Below, in pieces: positions 24,029 through 33,800 of a stretch of DNA of 34,983 nucleotides. The stretch lies in the IMG/VR virus record IMGVR_UViG_3300021978_000003, positions 1-34,983 of that record; one strand, 5' to 3'. Position 1 is the first letter of the stretch. Each line of letters opens with the position of its first letter. Made by a program: the position numbers and the translations under genes. Below the pieces are notes generated by a model. The model searched no databases. It was given only the letters and a program-made list of their open reading frames with translations, and was not told the origin of the DNA. This stretch comes from a virus (lineage: Duplodnaviria; Caudoviricetes).

Positions 24029-26424
24029 TGCCAAAACAACAAACTAAAACAATACAAGCCGCTCAAGCAATTGAGACAATTCTTCCAGATGTAACGCCTA
24101 ATAAACTAAGTAAGTTTGCTAGTATTATGCCTCGATCCGCAGCTATTGGAACTGAAGGCACAAGTGAACCAGACAAAGATTATGTGAAGGACTTCTCTAA
24201 TGCTGTTATTGCCGGAGTAGATGCTTTTGAAGAGACTCCTTATGCTAAAAAACTAGATGCTACTGCTAGAAGAGCCGGTACATATGAAGCAATAAGAGAT
24301 GTAAATGCTGATACTGATCGTCTTCGTAGTGAAAATATCCCTATAGAAGATTGGAATAATACAAGAACTCAATGGGTAGCACAAAGAGTAGCAGAAAAAG
24401 GTAAACAGCATGGCATGACATGGTTCAGTGCCTATAATGCTATAACTACTAGGCTGGCAGGTTTTGAATTAAACAAACAAGACCATCTTTTGCAAGACAA
24501 GATCATGAATGAGAATGGAGCTTTGCTACTCTCAGAAATATTTAACCCAGAACTCGTAGATGTGCCTTTCACTCTTCCTAATGGAAAAGTAGTTGAAAAT
24601 AATACTACAAATGCACATTTAAATTTAATGAGTATGGGTTTTAGTTCTGCACAAGCCTCTGCCTTCATGTCAAGTCATTTTACCCGTGAGTTAGAAGGAA
24701 GCTGGGCGTACGTACAGAATAATCAAGCCTCATATCAATTCGAATTAGGTAGGACGCAGAACAGAGTAGACGCTGAAGCATCTGTTGAAGATGACCCAAG
24801 TAGTATCTTTACAGGAAGAAGAAAATATACTGTTCTATCTTCTCTTACAGACCTCCTAGATGCTGACGGTAAAGTTATTACAACAAAGAATGAACGTATA
24901 GAACAATTCAAGAAACTATCTAGTGTACAGAAATCAAGAATGGAAGCCGCATACAGAATGTATACTCAGGATGGGATAGCTAATCCTACTAATCAATTAC
25001 TTGCTCAACTAAATAGAATCGCTAACATTCCTGTTAATAATGGGTTGAAATTAAAGGACTTAAATACGCAAGGTAGTAATATTTTAGCCGGTAAAATTAG
25101 TACTATAAGTATTGGATTACGAACTTACACTACAAGCAATAGTCTTTTAGAAAGCTCTATAGGTAACGGACAAGTGCTTGATATAGAACAGGTAAAACAT
25201 GAATACGGGGCAGATGTCGCAGAAAAATACACAAGCCAAGTAAAGAGTTTTACTTATGGGGCATTAAATCAATTAATAGGAGGTGTTCCTCTTTCACCAT
25301 CAACTATAAGTTTTATAAATACTGCACCACCAGAAGCTGTTGAAGCCGCTACAAAGGATGTAATTACTTCCCGAATTAATAAAGTCCTAACAGCTTCTGA
25401 AAACGTAGTTAAAGGTGATCCAGATACAGAAAATGCCTTTAGACAGGAGTTAGGTATTACTCATAACTTAGTAGAAAGTACCTCAACTATACCTACAATA
25501 AGACGATATCTACAGGAATCATTTTCAGATGATACTAAACTTGGTGTAGCTCTTAGATACTATAAAGCAGGAGTAAATGTCGCAACTATAAAAAGTGCTT
25601 CAGATGCTCATGCTAGTATTTCTGATAAGCAAATGAATGAATATAAACTAGATCTATCAACTATAGAAGAGCAATTAGTAAAGACAGGAGGTGATAGGTA
25701 TAACGATCTTGATGGCCTAGCAAAGATAGCGATGAAAAAAAATATCAAGAAAATGATTGTAGCCGCTCAGGGGAATGCAAGTTTAACTGATATTGTAGCA
25801 ACATTCTTCGAAGAACCTGTAGGAGAATATTCTATTACTCTTGGTGATGGGAAAACAGTTAGTATGTCTCGCTCATCTACTAATCTCTATCCTAAATTAG
25901 AAGCAGAGACAAGTAAAGACCCTAACTATAGTAATGACTTCAATGGAGAAATTGTAAAACATATAGTCCAAAACAACTTAGAGCAATTCAAGGGTATAGG
26001 GTTAACAGTGGATTCAAGGACTAAATGGTTTGATGCTGGACAGATTACAGGTGTAAGGACAGGGACAACAGAAGGTGGTGATCCTCACTATATAATCGCT
26101 ATAGGTGGCAAGGAACTCACTGTTAAGGTAACTCAATCTCAGATGGACAACTTAATAGAAAGATCACATGTAAGTTTAAAGAAAGTAATTGAGGCTTCTG
26201 TAAGTAGAAACATTCAACATCCAGTCAGTGATAAACGCTCATCAACTGGAAGTAAAGAATCACAAGGCAAACCTAGAAAACAGGTACTAAAAGGTGTATA
26301 TAAGCAATTATTAGGGGGTACACGTAGTAAAGATGATCAAATCCTTGACAGACTAAATGATTTATTATTTACAGACTGGTTGGATAAACCTGTTACTAAG
26401 TGGACAGACTATGGGAGTAATTAA
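24028..26424 (+). CDS. Internal virion/ejection protein (T7 gp15-like)
   Basis: 798-aa protein directly after the gp14-like gene; assigned by synteny and size only. Confidence 0.65.
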   Translation: MPKQQTKTIQAAQAIETILPDVTPNKLSKFASIMPRSAAIGTEGTSEPDKDYVKDFSNAVIAGVDAFEETPYAKKLDATARRAGTYEAIRDVNADTDRLRSENIPIEDWNNTRTQWVAQRVAEKGKQHGMTWFSAYNAITTRLAGFELNKQDHLLQDKIMNENGALLLSEIFNPELVDVPFTLPNGKVVENNTTNAHLNLMSMGFSSAQASAFMSSHFTRELEGSWAYVQNNQASYQFELGRTQNRVDAEASVEDDPSSIFTGRRKYTVLSSLTDLLDADGKVITTKNERIEQFKKLSSVQKSRMEAAYRMYTQDGIANPTNQLLAQLNRIANIPVNNGLKLKDLNTQGSNILAGKISTISIGLRTYTTSNSLLESSIGNGQVLDIEQVKHEYGADVAEKYTSQVKSFTYGALNQLIGGVPLSPSTISFINTAPPEAVEAATKDVITSRINKVLTASENVVKGDPDTENAFRQELGITHNLVESTSTIPTIRRYLQESFSDDTKLGVALRYYKAGVNVATIKSASDAHASISDKQMNEYKLDLSTIEEQLVKTGGDRYNDLDGLAKIAMKKNIKKMIVAAQGNASLTDIVATFFEEPVGEYSITLGDGKTVSMSRSSTNLYPKLEAETSKDPNYSNDFNGEIVKHIVQNNLEQFKGIGLTVDSRTKWFDAGQITGVRTGTTEGGDPHYIIAIGGKELTVKVTQSQMDNLIERSHVSLKKVIEASVSRNIQHPVSDKRSSTGSKESQGKPRKQVLKGVYKQLLGGTRSKDDQILDRLNDLLFTDWLDKPVTKWTDYGSN

Positions 26425-27174
26425 ATGGGCTTAACAGGTACAAAGAAGTTCTTAGATAGACAAAATGGAGCTATGCAAGCGGCAAAAGAAAATCTACAAC
26501 TTAATAGGTCTCACTTATACAAACCCCCTGTTAAAGAAAAAGAACAACAACAACAGGAGTCTCCTATAGGTGATCTAGATTGGCTTGCTGATAATTATAA
26601 TGCATCCACAAAACAAGAAAGAAATCAGTGGAAAAAGAATGCCAAAGGTTGGATGTCTAAATTACAAACTAACAAGATAACACCACAAGCTAAATCAAAT
26701 CTACAAGAACTAGCACAAGTAATCAAAGATGATGGGCCAATAGTATTCGGTGCAGAATTAGGACGTACAAATATGGATGGAAGTACTTTAGCTGAAGCCA
26801 TGTTAACAATATATGGTGCTGAAACAGGCTTTGGAACAAGTAAAAAGAAAGTAAGTAAGTCAGGAGCTTTAGGTGAAATGCAAGTAATGGATTATACATT
26901 TGCAGACATGGTTAAAGCAGGAGTTCTAGGGCCACTGTATGCTAAAGCAGTAGGGCTAAGTAATAAGGAACTACAAAGCTTTAAACCAAAGCATAGAGAT
27001 AACGGAGATCCTTATTTAGATGCTAGTCAAAAGAAAGGCATTAAAAAACTACTACTTAATAATAATAAAGCTAATTACCTAGCGGCTATGGGTAAATATT
27101 TACGTAGGAAGATGCACTCACTAAACAATGCTAGTGATCCACAAACAGCACAAATGGTAGTATCCAGTGAGTAA
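26425..27174 (+). CDS. Stand-alone lytic transglycosylase (SLT-like), probably virion-associated
   Basis: IYGAETGFG (catalytic Glu-Thr) ...SKSGALGEMQVM..TF...N..AA.KYL motifs. Confidence 0.75.
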   Translation: MGLTGTKKFLDRQNGAMQAAKENLQLNRSHLYKPPVKEKEQQQQESPIGDLDWLADNYNASTKQERNQWKKNAKGWMSKLQTNKITPQAKSNLQELAQVIKDDGPIVFGAELGRTNMDGSTLAEAMLTIYGAETGFGTSKKKVSKSGALGEMQVMDYTFADMVKAGVLGPLYAKAVGLSNKELQSFKPKHRDNGDPYLDASQKKGIKKLLLNNNKANYLAAMGKYLRRKMHSLNNASDPQTAQMVVSSE

Positions 27175-30100
27175 TAGTATAAATGTAAGTACTAATAGAA
27201 ATGATCCTAGACTTAGTGATATTAAAGAAGCACAAAGTGGAATAACATATCCTGATTATAATGCTCCTACTACTCCTACTTTTCAACATGATTCTGACTT
27301 AAGTGGGGATGTTTCTTATAACGGAGAAGCAATAAAGAGTCTGATTCAAACTGCACGAGATAAGAAGGATATAGGAGCATTTGAAAGCGCACTTTGGACA
27401 GGACACTCACTAGGTAAAGAACTTTGGGAACCACATACCCGTGAATATATGGAAGAGGAGGCTGATCCTGACTTTGATCTATATAAGGCTATGGAAGAAG
27501 ATCAATGGCTTCCTGTATCCTTAATAAATGATTTACTCAATAGAGATAAGCTACAGAACCAAACCCAGTATGAGCAAGCTAGAGACTTGTATAATCGTAC
27601 AAACGATATGCATGAGAAACAAACTGAGTTTGGGTTCTTAGCAAGTATGGCTCAACAGCTTCCTATTCAATTACTTGATCCTATTAACTGGCCTGAAATC
27701 TATTTGTCTGCACAGATGGGTGGGATACCAACTATACTGAGAATCATAGCAGGAGCGACTCTTGCAGGTGGGACAATTAGAGCACAAGAAACAGTTATAC
27801 AGCATGAAACACTTCACTTAGATGAAGAACGTAAGAATGATTTAACACTGTTTGGAATGGCTTTAGGTGGAGCGGCTTACGGTATTTTTGGTAGAACTAA
27901 CACCATAAGAGCAACAGGTGAAGGTTCTATGGATTTACATGTAATGCCTACTGAGAAACAAATAAAAGCAGAAGCAAAATTCCTAGCTTCTGGACAGAAA
28001 GGACAACGTAAATTCGCTGACATACCAGAAAGAGATAGAAAAGTAGACAAAACCCATTGGTTTAGTTGGAGTTTATTTGGAAGATTGGGTAGGTCTGTAA
28101 GTCAAACGATGCGTACTCTTAATGATATGACATCTCGTAGTGGCGTTAGTAGTGTAACAAATGAAGAATCTTTTGAAGCGGCGGCTACTACTATTAAACA
28201 AATAATTACTAGTAAAATAGTTGCAAATGTTAAGACAATTTATGGTGGTAGAGCTAAATTTAATAAGGATCGAGTAGCCGCAGAAAGACAAACAGCAGAT
28301 GATTGGTTCTCTAATACATACGATCATGCCGCTAGAAAAATCAATGATGATAACTTTAAAGTACCTGAAGACTACAAAACATCAGTTGATGCTTTCTTAG
28401 ACCATAGGAAATATCTAAAAGAAGAACGAGAAAAAGCAGGTCTAAGCACTGTCGAAGGTGATTCAATAAACCGTGTGTGGAGATATCAAGAAATAGCGCG
28501 ACTTGCTAAGGAAGATCCTGATAAATTAAGGACAATGTTGAGTGATTCTTTAAAGAACCACAAGAAATATAAAGGAGCTAATGATACTGAAAAAACAGAA
28601 ATAGCTAAATTTAATGCGGTTCTAGAAAATAGAGCAACAATAAAACGTAACTGGGATAATGTTGACGCTGAAATACTTGAACTTCAAGCTAAACATGCTA
28701 CGGCTATTGAAGAGGGTGTATTAAATAAGTATGAATTAGGTCAAATACAAGGGGAGATATCTCTCTTAAAATTAAAAAGAGGGGATATACTTAAGTCAGG
28801 TCAGAAACAAAATACTACTAAACAAACACAACTAGCCAATGCTGATAGGTTAATTGAGCAACAACTAGATAAGTTTGCTGGTCTTAAAGAAGCTACACAG
28901 GCTGAAGCACATACAAGTGCATTGATTGCCGCAGAAGAAAAAGTTTTAGATGATCTTATACCTAAAAATATGACTGCGGAAGAAGCCTTAGATAGCAATA
29001 TCCTAGGTGATTTAGGAGGTATAGCCGCTAAGATTACAGACGAAGTAAGTGGTATGCAGATACGCCTAGATCCTGCTTACTTCCGCTCCTTACTAAGAGT
29101 TACTGATCCTGTTTCATTATTAAAACGCCACCTTGAAACAGCACAGGTATCAAAAGAGTTACAAAAGGAATTAGCAACAGCCCTCAAGAGACTAAAACAA
29201 CAATTCACAATACGTAAGAATGCTAAATTAAAGGCCGAGAAGGAACTTTCTAGTACTTTACAAGGTTTAAGAAAAAGACTAGAGAAACAAAAGATTGCAA
29301 AAGAAGCAATAACAACGAGACTCCCTTTTAATATTAAAAAACCTCTTGCAACAGAAAGTATTTCTGAACAAACAGATAGTGCATATAAATCTCTTGTAGA
29401 AGCTAGTAGCCCTACTAAATCTCAATTAACTGACTCAGAACTTCACAGATCAAGAGATTTTAATGAGTCATTCCTTACTGACATCCTAGAGCGTAATGTA
29501 GAACAACACATGCGTAATGGGATCTTATCTAATGCAGGACGTATTGCCCTTGCACGTAAGTTTGGAATCAAGAATGGAGCCGAATTAAAAGATTTTGTTA
29601 ACGAAGCAGTAGGAACAGTAATAGAAGAAACACACCAAGCACTTAGACTAGAGCATACTTCTAAAGGAATAGAAATAACTAGTCAACTTGATCAAACGCT
29701 AGGAAGAAAAGCTCGTAAACTTGCCAAGCGTGAAGGAGAAATGCTTGAAAAGCACCTTAAATTAGTTAATAACACACAACTTACTCCTAGTAATCCTGAA
29801 GGATTCATGCATGGTTTTAAAGTATGGTCACAGGGGATGAATATGGCTACCCTTGGTGGTGGTATCTTTGCTACAGCACTTCAAAGTGAGATAGCTATGG
29901 TACTAACCAGAGGAGGCATGGATGTAGGATTAAAGGCAATTGGTAGTTCCTTTAAAGAAATGCAGAACCTTATCAAGAATTTACCAGCAGATAGCAATCT
30001 TCTGCGACAACTACAAGTAATGGGAGGAGCTACTGATGTATGGAATGCAACTAACATTCAAAAATTTATTGAAGGAGAAGATGTAGGTAATGCTATATCT

Positions 30101-31069
30101 AGATCAGGGCATACAGCAGGAGAACTTGTTAGCAAATATACATACCTGACTAGTATTACATCTGCATATAGAACAGCAATAGCTAGTTCATTAATTACAG
30201 ACCTATTATTCAATAAAAGACTCCTTCCGGGTGCAATTACTAAGAGAAATAGAAACTCATACACTCGCTTTCAGTTTGATGTCAATCGTATAGAAGAATT
30301 ACAGTCATATGTTACTAAAGGACATCCTAACTATAAGAAAGGTGTCTTTGAACTTGATGAACATGGTGGTTTAAAAGATATGGATCTTACTAAACTGCCT
30401 CAAGATTTAAAAGAAATGCTGGACAATACTTTAATGAATGCTGGTGAACTTGAAATCTTACGTGGTGATAGACATCATCTACCTGAGATATGGAGTGATC
30501 CTGATTCAGCTATGTATCTAATGACTCAATTCCTAGCTTATCCATTCCAAGCACATGAATCTTTAATGTTAAGAGGTTGGTCAGATGGTGATGCTAGATT
30601 AGTTGTAGGACTTACATTCTCAGCCGCATTTACAAGTATGCTTGCACTAAGTAAAGAAGAACTAGAAATTAAACTAGGACTTCGTAAGGAAACTGAACGT
30701 AGATACACTGATGATGCAGAAGGATACCAACAATTAGGTTGGAAAGTATTTGCTAGTGGTGCTTACCAAAGTTCACTAGCAATGATGGTTAACTTTGTAA
30801 GTCAAGGTACTACTGGTGGTCGAGTCTTAGATCCTTATCAACAGAAACACATAATGGGTGCTTTAGGTGGTGCTCCTATTGGACAAGCTAACACTGTTTA
30901 TCAAGCTGTAGTGCAAGCAGGAAATGACTTTTCAGATGTAAATAGTACAGGATGGGATACTAAATATGGAAGAGCAGCTATGCTACTAAGTGGATTACCT
31001 GCTTATAGTTTTCCGATTCTAAATAAGTACTTAATAGAACAAAATAAAGACTGGGCAGAAGGATTTTAA
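27167..31069 (+). CDS. Large internal virion/ejection protein (T7 gp16-like)
   Basis: 1300 aa; QLLDPINW and MTQFLAYPF motifs, Gly-rich hydrophobic segments; synteny. Confidence 0.75.
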   Translation: MSNSINVSTNRNDPRLSDIKEAQSGITYPDYNAPTTPTFQHDSDLSGDVSYNGEAIKSLIQTARDKKDIGAFESALWTGHSLGKELWEPHTREYMEEEADPDFDLYKAMEEDQWLPVSLINDLLNRDKLQNQTQYEQARDLYNRTNDMHEKQTEFGFLASMAQQLPIQLLDPINWPEIYLSAQMGGIPTILRIIAGATLAGGTIRAQETVIQHETLHLDEERKNDLTLFGMALGGAAYGIFGRTNTIRATGEGSMDLHVMPTEKQIKAEAKFLASGQKGQRKFADIPERDRKVDKTHWFSWSLFGRLGRSVSQTMRTLNDMTSRSGVSSVTNEESFEAAATTIKQIITSKIVANVKTIYGGRAKFNKDRVAAERQTADDWFSNTYDHAARKINDDNFKVPEDYKTSVDAFLDHRKYLKEEREKAGLSTVEGDSINRVWRYQEIARLAKEDPDKLRTMLSDSLKNHKKYKGANDTEKTEIAKFNAVLENRATIKRNWDNVDAEILELQAKHATAIEEGVLNKYELGQIQGEISLLKLKRGDILKSGQKQNTTKQTQLANADRLIEQQLDKFAGLKEATQAEAHTSALIAAEEKVLDDLIPKNMTAEEALDSNILGDLGGIAAKITDEVSGMQIRLDPAYFRSLLRVTDPVSLLKRHLETAQVSKELQKELATALKRLKQQFTIRKNAKLKAEKELSSTLQGLRKRLEKQKIAKEAITTRLPFNIKKPLATESISEQTDSAYKSLVEASSPTKSQLTDSELHRSRDFNESFLTDILERNVEQHMRNGILSNAGRIALARKFGIKNGAELKDFVNEAVGTVIEETHQALRLEHTSKGIEITSQLDQTLGRKARKLAKREGEMLEKHLKLVNNTQLTPSNPEGFMHGFKVWSQGMNMATLGGGIFATALQSEIAMVLTRGGMDVGLKAIGSSFKEMQNLIKNLPADSNLLRQLQVMGGATDVWNATNIQKFIEGEDVGNAISRSGHTAGELVSKYTYLTSITSAYRTAIASSLITDLLFNKRLLPGAITKRNRNSYTRFQFDVNRIEELQSYVTKGHPNYKKGVFELDEHGGLKDMDLTKLPQDLKEMLDNTLMNAGELEILRGDRHHLPEIWSDPDSAMYLMTQFLAYPFQAHESLMLRGWSDGDARLVVGLTFSAAFTSMLALSKEELEIKLGLRKETERRYTDDAEGYQQLGWKVFASGAYQSSLAMMVNFVSQGTTGGRVLDPYQQKHIMGALGGAPIGQANTVYQAVVQAGNDFSDVNSTGWDTKYGRAAMLLSGLPAYSFPILNKYLIEQNKDWAEGF

Positions 31070-31095
31070 CACACCTTTAAACACCCTGTAAACAT

Positions 31096-31130
31096 ACCCC
31101 TGACACGCCCTGAGAGCGTGTTTAAGGGGT
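31096..31130 (+). promoter_or_regulatory. CUGAGA-loop hairpin element (copy 3), followed by Ts; may also terminate transcription
   Basis: ACCCCT-GA-CACGC-CCTGAGA-GCGTG-TTTA-AGGGGT. Confidence 0.6.
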
Positions 31131-31152
31131 TTTATACATTAGGAGGTATGGT

Positions 31153-31392
31153 ATGTCAAGTAAGGCAAGTATTGACACTCTAAACACGTTACACGATCTA
31201 CAAACTCAATACTATTTACAACTGTTACAAGCTGGACTAAGTGGAGAAGTAGAATTAAAGCCAACAGAGCTTAGTGCTATAAATGTATGGTTGAAGCAGA
31301 ATGATATTACTGCTGATCCAATTGAAAGCAAACCCATGATGAACCTAGTTGATGAGCTTAAGGACAGCAATGTTCTTGATATGTTTAACTAG
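31153..31392 (+). CDS. Terminase small subunit (T7 gp18-like)
   Basis: KAS.DTL..LH, ELSAI..WLKQNDITA motif; AGGAGG SD; precedes terL. Confidence 0.88.
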   Translation: MSSKASIDTLNTLHDLQTQYYLQLLQAGLSGEVELKPTELSAINVWLKQNDITADPIESKPMMNLVDELKDSNVLDMFN

Positions 31393-31396
31393 ATGT

Positions 31397-31492
31397 ATGT
31401 GGATAGATGCTTTTGTGGTTGAACAATTGCTTGGTGTAAGCTTTGTAATAGCAATTCTCGTATGGGGAGCAGTAATGAGTAAATACAAGTGA
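31397..31492 (+). CDS. 31-aa single-TM peptide between terS and terL (not in ORF track)
   Basis: MWIDAFVVEQLLGVSFVIAILVWGAVMSKYK; GTGA overlap with terL; no clear SD. Confidence 0.4.
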   Translation: MWIDAFVVEQLLGVSFVIAILVWGAVMSKYK

Positions 31493-33180
31493 ATAAACGT
31501 GAACTAAGAACTTTAATTAATGACTTTAGGGAGTACTTAAAGTATGTATGGTTAGGAATTAACTTACCTCCTCCTACTCCTCTTCAGTTAGATATGGCAA
31601 AGACGCTTATGACAGGGGATAAGCGACTCTTAATGGAAGCGTTTCGAGGTATAGGTAAGACATACATCACAGGAGCCTATGTAACGTGGAGACTATTAAG
31701 GAATCCCAATGAGAAAGTAGTAATTGTTAGTCAAAGTGGTGCACACAGTGAAGCTATTGCTCAGTTTATACGTAGGCTTATCTTTGATTTACCTGTTCTT
31801 GAACACTTAATCCCTGAACAGGATATGCGTAATAGTGTTAAGTCTTTTGATGTGAGTGGTTGTGAAGTAACTGTACAACCTAGTGTGAAGTCATTAGGGA
31901 TTACTAGCCAGTTACAGGGCAATAGAGCTAGTATATTGATTAGTGATGATGTAGAAGGCTTACAGAATAGCGCAACTGAGTGGATGCGTACCAAGCTATT
32001 AGCAACTGTAGCTGAATATGATGCTATTTTACAGACAAATATAGACGCTCAGATCATTATATTAGGTACTCCTCAGAGTGGAGAAAGTATCTACAATAAA
32101 ATGAGGGATAAAGGGTTCAGAACGATTGTATATCCAGCTAGGTATCCTGAAGACATTGAGATATATCAGGGTACTCTTGCTCCTCATATAGCAGATCCAC
32201 TACTTTCACACAAGGTACAAGTAAATGACTGCACTGATTCAAGGTTTACAGATGAAGACTTGGTGGAACGAGAAGCTAGTATTGGTAGAAGTTGGTTTAG
32301 GCTCCAGTATCAACTGGATACCACACTTAGCGATAGTGACAGATTTCCTCTTAAAACGAGTGACTTTATAGTCCATGATTTAGATATTAATAAAGCTCCA
32401 GTAGGAATAACATGGGGAGGTCGTAAAGAGCTTGCATGTGATGACTTACCCAATATAGGCTTTACAGGTGATCACTTCTATCGTGCTAGTCACATAGACT
32501 CTGAATACACTGGCTATCAAAGTGTAATTATGAGTATTGACCCTAGTGGTAGAGGTAAAGATGAAACTGGCTACTCAGTTATCAAGCAATTGCATGGAAT
32601 GGTCTATATTAGTGAATGTGATGGGTTTCATGGTGGATACACGCCTGAAAACTTAATGCACCTTGCACAAATAGCTAAAAAGCATAAAGCTCAACTCATA
32701 GTGATTGAAAGTAACTTTGGGGATGGGATGTTTGGTGAATTACTGAAACCTATTCTTAAAAGTGTGTATCCAGTTAGTATTGAAGAAGTACGAGCTAGTA
32801 AACAGAAAGAACTTAGAATTATTGACATTGTGGAGCCATTGCTTAACCAACACAAGCTAGTTATTGACTATACACTTGTAAAGAGAGATATAAATAGAGG
32901 ACTCAGTGATCATAAGGTGATTGCTTACTCTTTGATACATCAGATAACGCATATAACTAGAGATAGAGGTTCTTTGTTTCACGATGATAAGCTGGATTCA
33001 TTAGCATTAGCACTAGGCTGGATAGTAGAAACAGTAGGTGTGTCAGCAGAAGAGGCACTAGAACGCTATCGAGAAGACCTGTTAGATGAAGATTTAGAGC
33101 GATTTATGCATGGTGTTGGTGTAAATGGGCGTGTAAAAGGTAAGAATTACCTCGATTCCTTTGAACATATCAACCGTTGA
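31489..33180 (+). CDS. Terminase large subunit (T7 gp19-like)
   Basis: AFRGIGKT, ISDDVE, LGTPQ, IDPSGRGKDETG, ESNFGDGMF, HDDKLD. Confidence 0.97.
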   Translation: MNKRELRTLINDFREYLKYVWLGINLPPPTPLQLDMAKTLMTGDKRLLMEAFRGIGKTYITGAYVTWRLLRNPNEKVVIVSQSGAHSEAIAQFIRRLIFDLPVLEHLIPEQDMRNSVKSFDVSGCEVTVQPSVKSLGITSQLQGNRASILISDDVEGLQNSATEWMRTKLLATVAEYDAILQTNIDAQIIILGTPQSGESIYNKMRDKGFRTIVYPARYPEDIEIYQGTLAPHIADPLLSHKVQVNDCTDSRFTDEDLVEREASIGRSWFRLQYQLDTTLSDSDRFPLKTSDFIVHDLDINKAPVGITWGGRKELACDDLPNIGFTGDHFYRASHIDSEYTGYQSVIMSIDPSGRGKDETGYSVIKQLHGMVYISECDGFHGGYTPENLMHLAQIAKKHKAQLIVIESNFGDGMFGELLKPILKSVYPVSIEEVRASKQKELRIIDIVEPLLNQHKLVIDYTLVKRDINRGLSDHKVIAYSLIHQITHITRDRGSLFHDDKLDSLALALGWIVETVGVSAEEALERYREDLLDEDLERFMHGVGVNGRVKGKNYLDSFEHINR

Positions 33181-33256
33181 TGCCATGTTTACGAGGTATG
33201 TGTTCACTTATAAGTAGACATCACGTAAGTGTATGATTAGTAAGTATAAACTAGAG

Positions 33257-33277
33257 TTATCCACAGAGTTATCCACA
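33257..33277 (+). promoter_or_regulatory. Two tandem perfect DnaA boxes
   Basis: TTATCCACA at 33257-33265 and 33269-33277. Confidence 0.75.
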
Positions 33278-33280
33278 GAT

Positions 33281-33307
33281 TAAAAGTAAAAGGACATTCT
33301 AATGTAG
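33281..33307 (+). promoter_or_regulatory. Putative phage RNA polymerase promoter (copy 2; T7 phiOR-like position)
   Basis: TAAAAGTAAAAGGACATTCTAATGTAG, near-identical to 9385-9411. Confidence 0.7.
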
Positions 33308-33800
33308 AACTTAATTGCTCTGCAACCGATTCGCGATAGCGCGACCTCCCGACGATGTGAAGTCCTAAGCACTCAGGCTCATGTGAACTAGTTTAAACAC
33401 TAGTGGGTGGTACGAATACCTAAGATGTAACTAGATGCCGAACAACTCTATTGCTTTAGATAGATTCTGGATGTACACACACATAGTGAATGTACACAGT
33501 TGAGGGAGGACAGAAACTATTGATTATAAGTAGTAGTAGTAGTAGTAGGTGTTGTACTAGTTTAGGTATTACGTCCCTCCCTCAAATGTAAAGAACCTAG
33601 TACTAGGCTATGTGAACACTTGTTGTTTACACCTGTTGTTAGATGTACACACTGTGTTGACATAAGTGGTGGCATCCTTTTGAGGTTAGGTATCCCCCAC
33701 AGTCTCCGTACCTAGTGTTAGGAGTGTGTCACCACTTATGTTTATACGTGTTGTTAACAGTATGTCTACTTATAAGTGAACACCTACTACTACTACTAAC
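33308..33800 (+). ncRNA. Candidate structured non-coding RNA or ssDNA structure at the right end
   Basis: No credible ORF; many hairpins and long-range complementary segments directly downstream of the putative phage promoter. Confidence 0.4.

Noticed and set aside
33340-33385. Twister ribozyme or group I intron core (GUCCUAAGC)
   Set aside because: The flanking conserved twister strands and the group I Q/R/S elements are missing.
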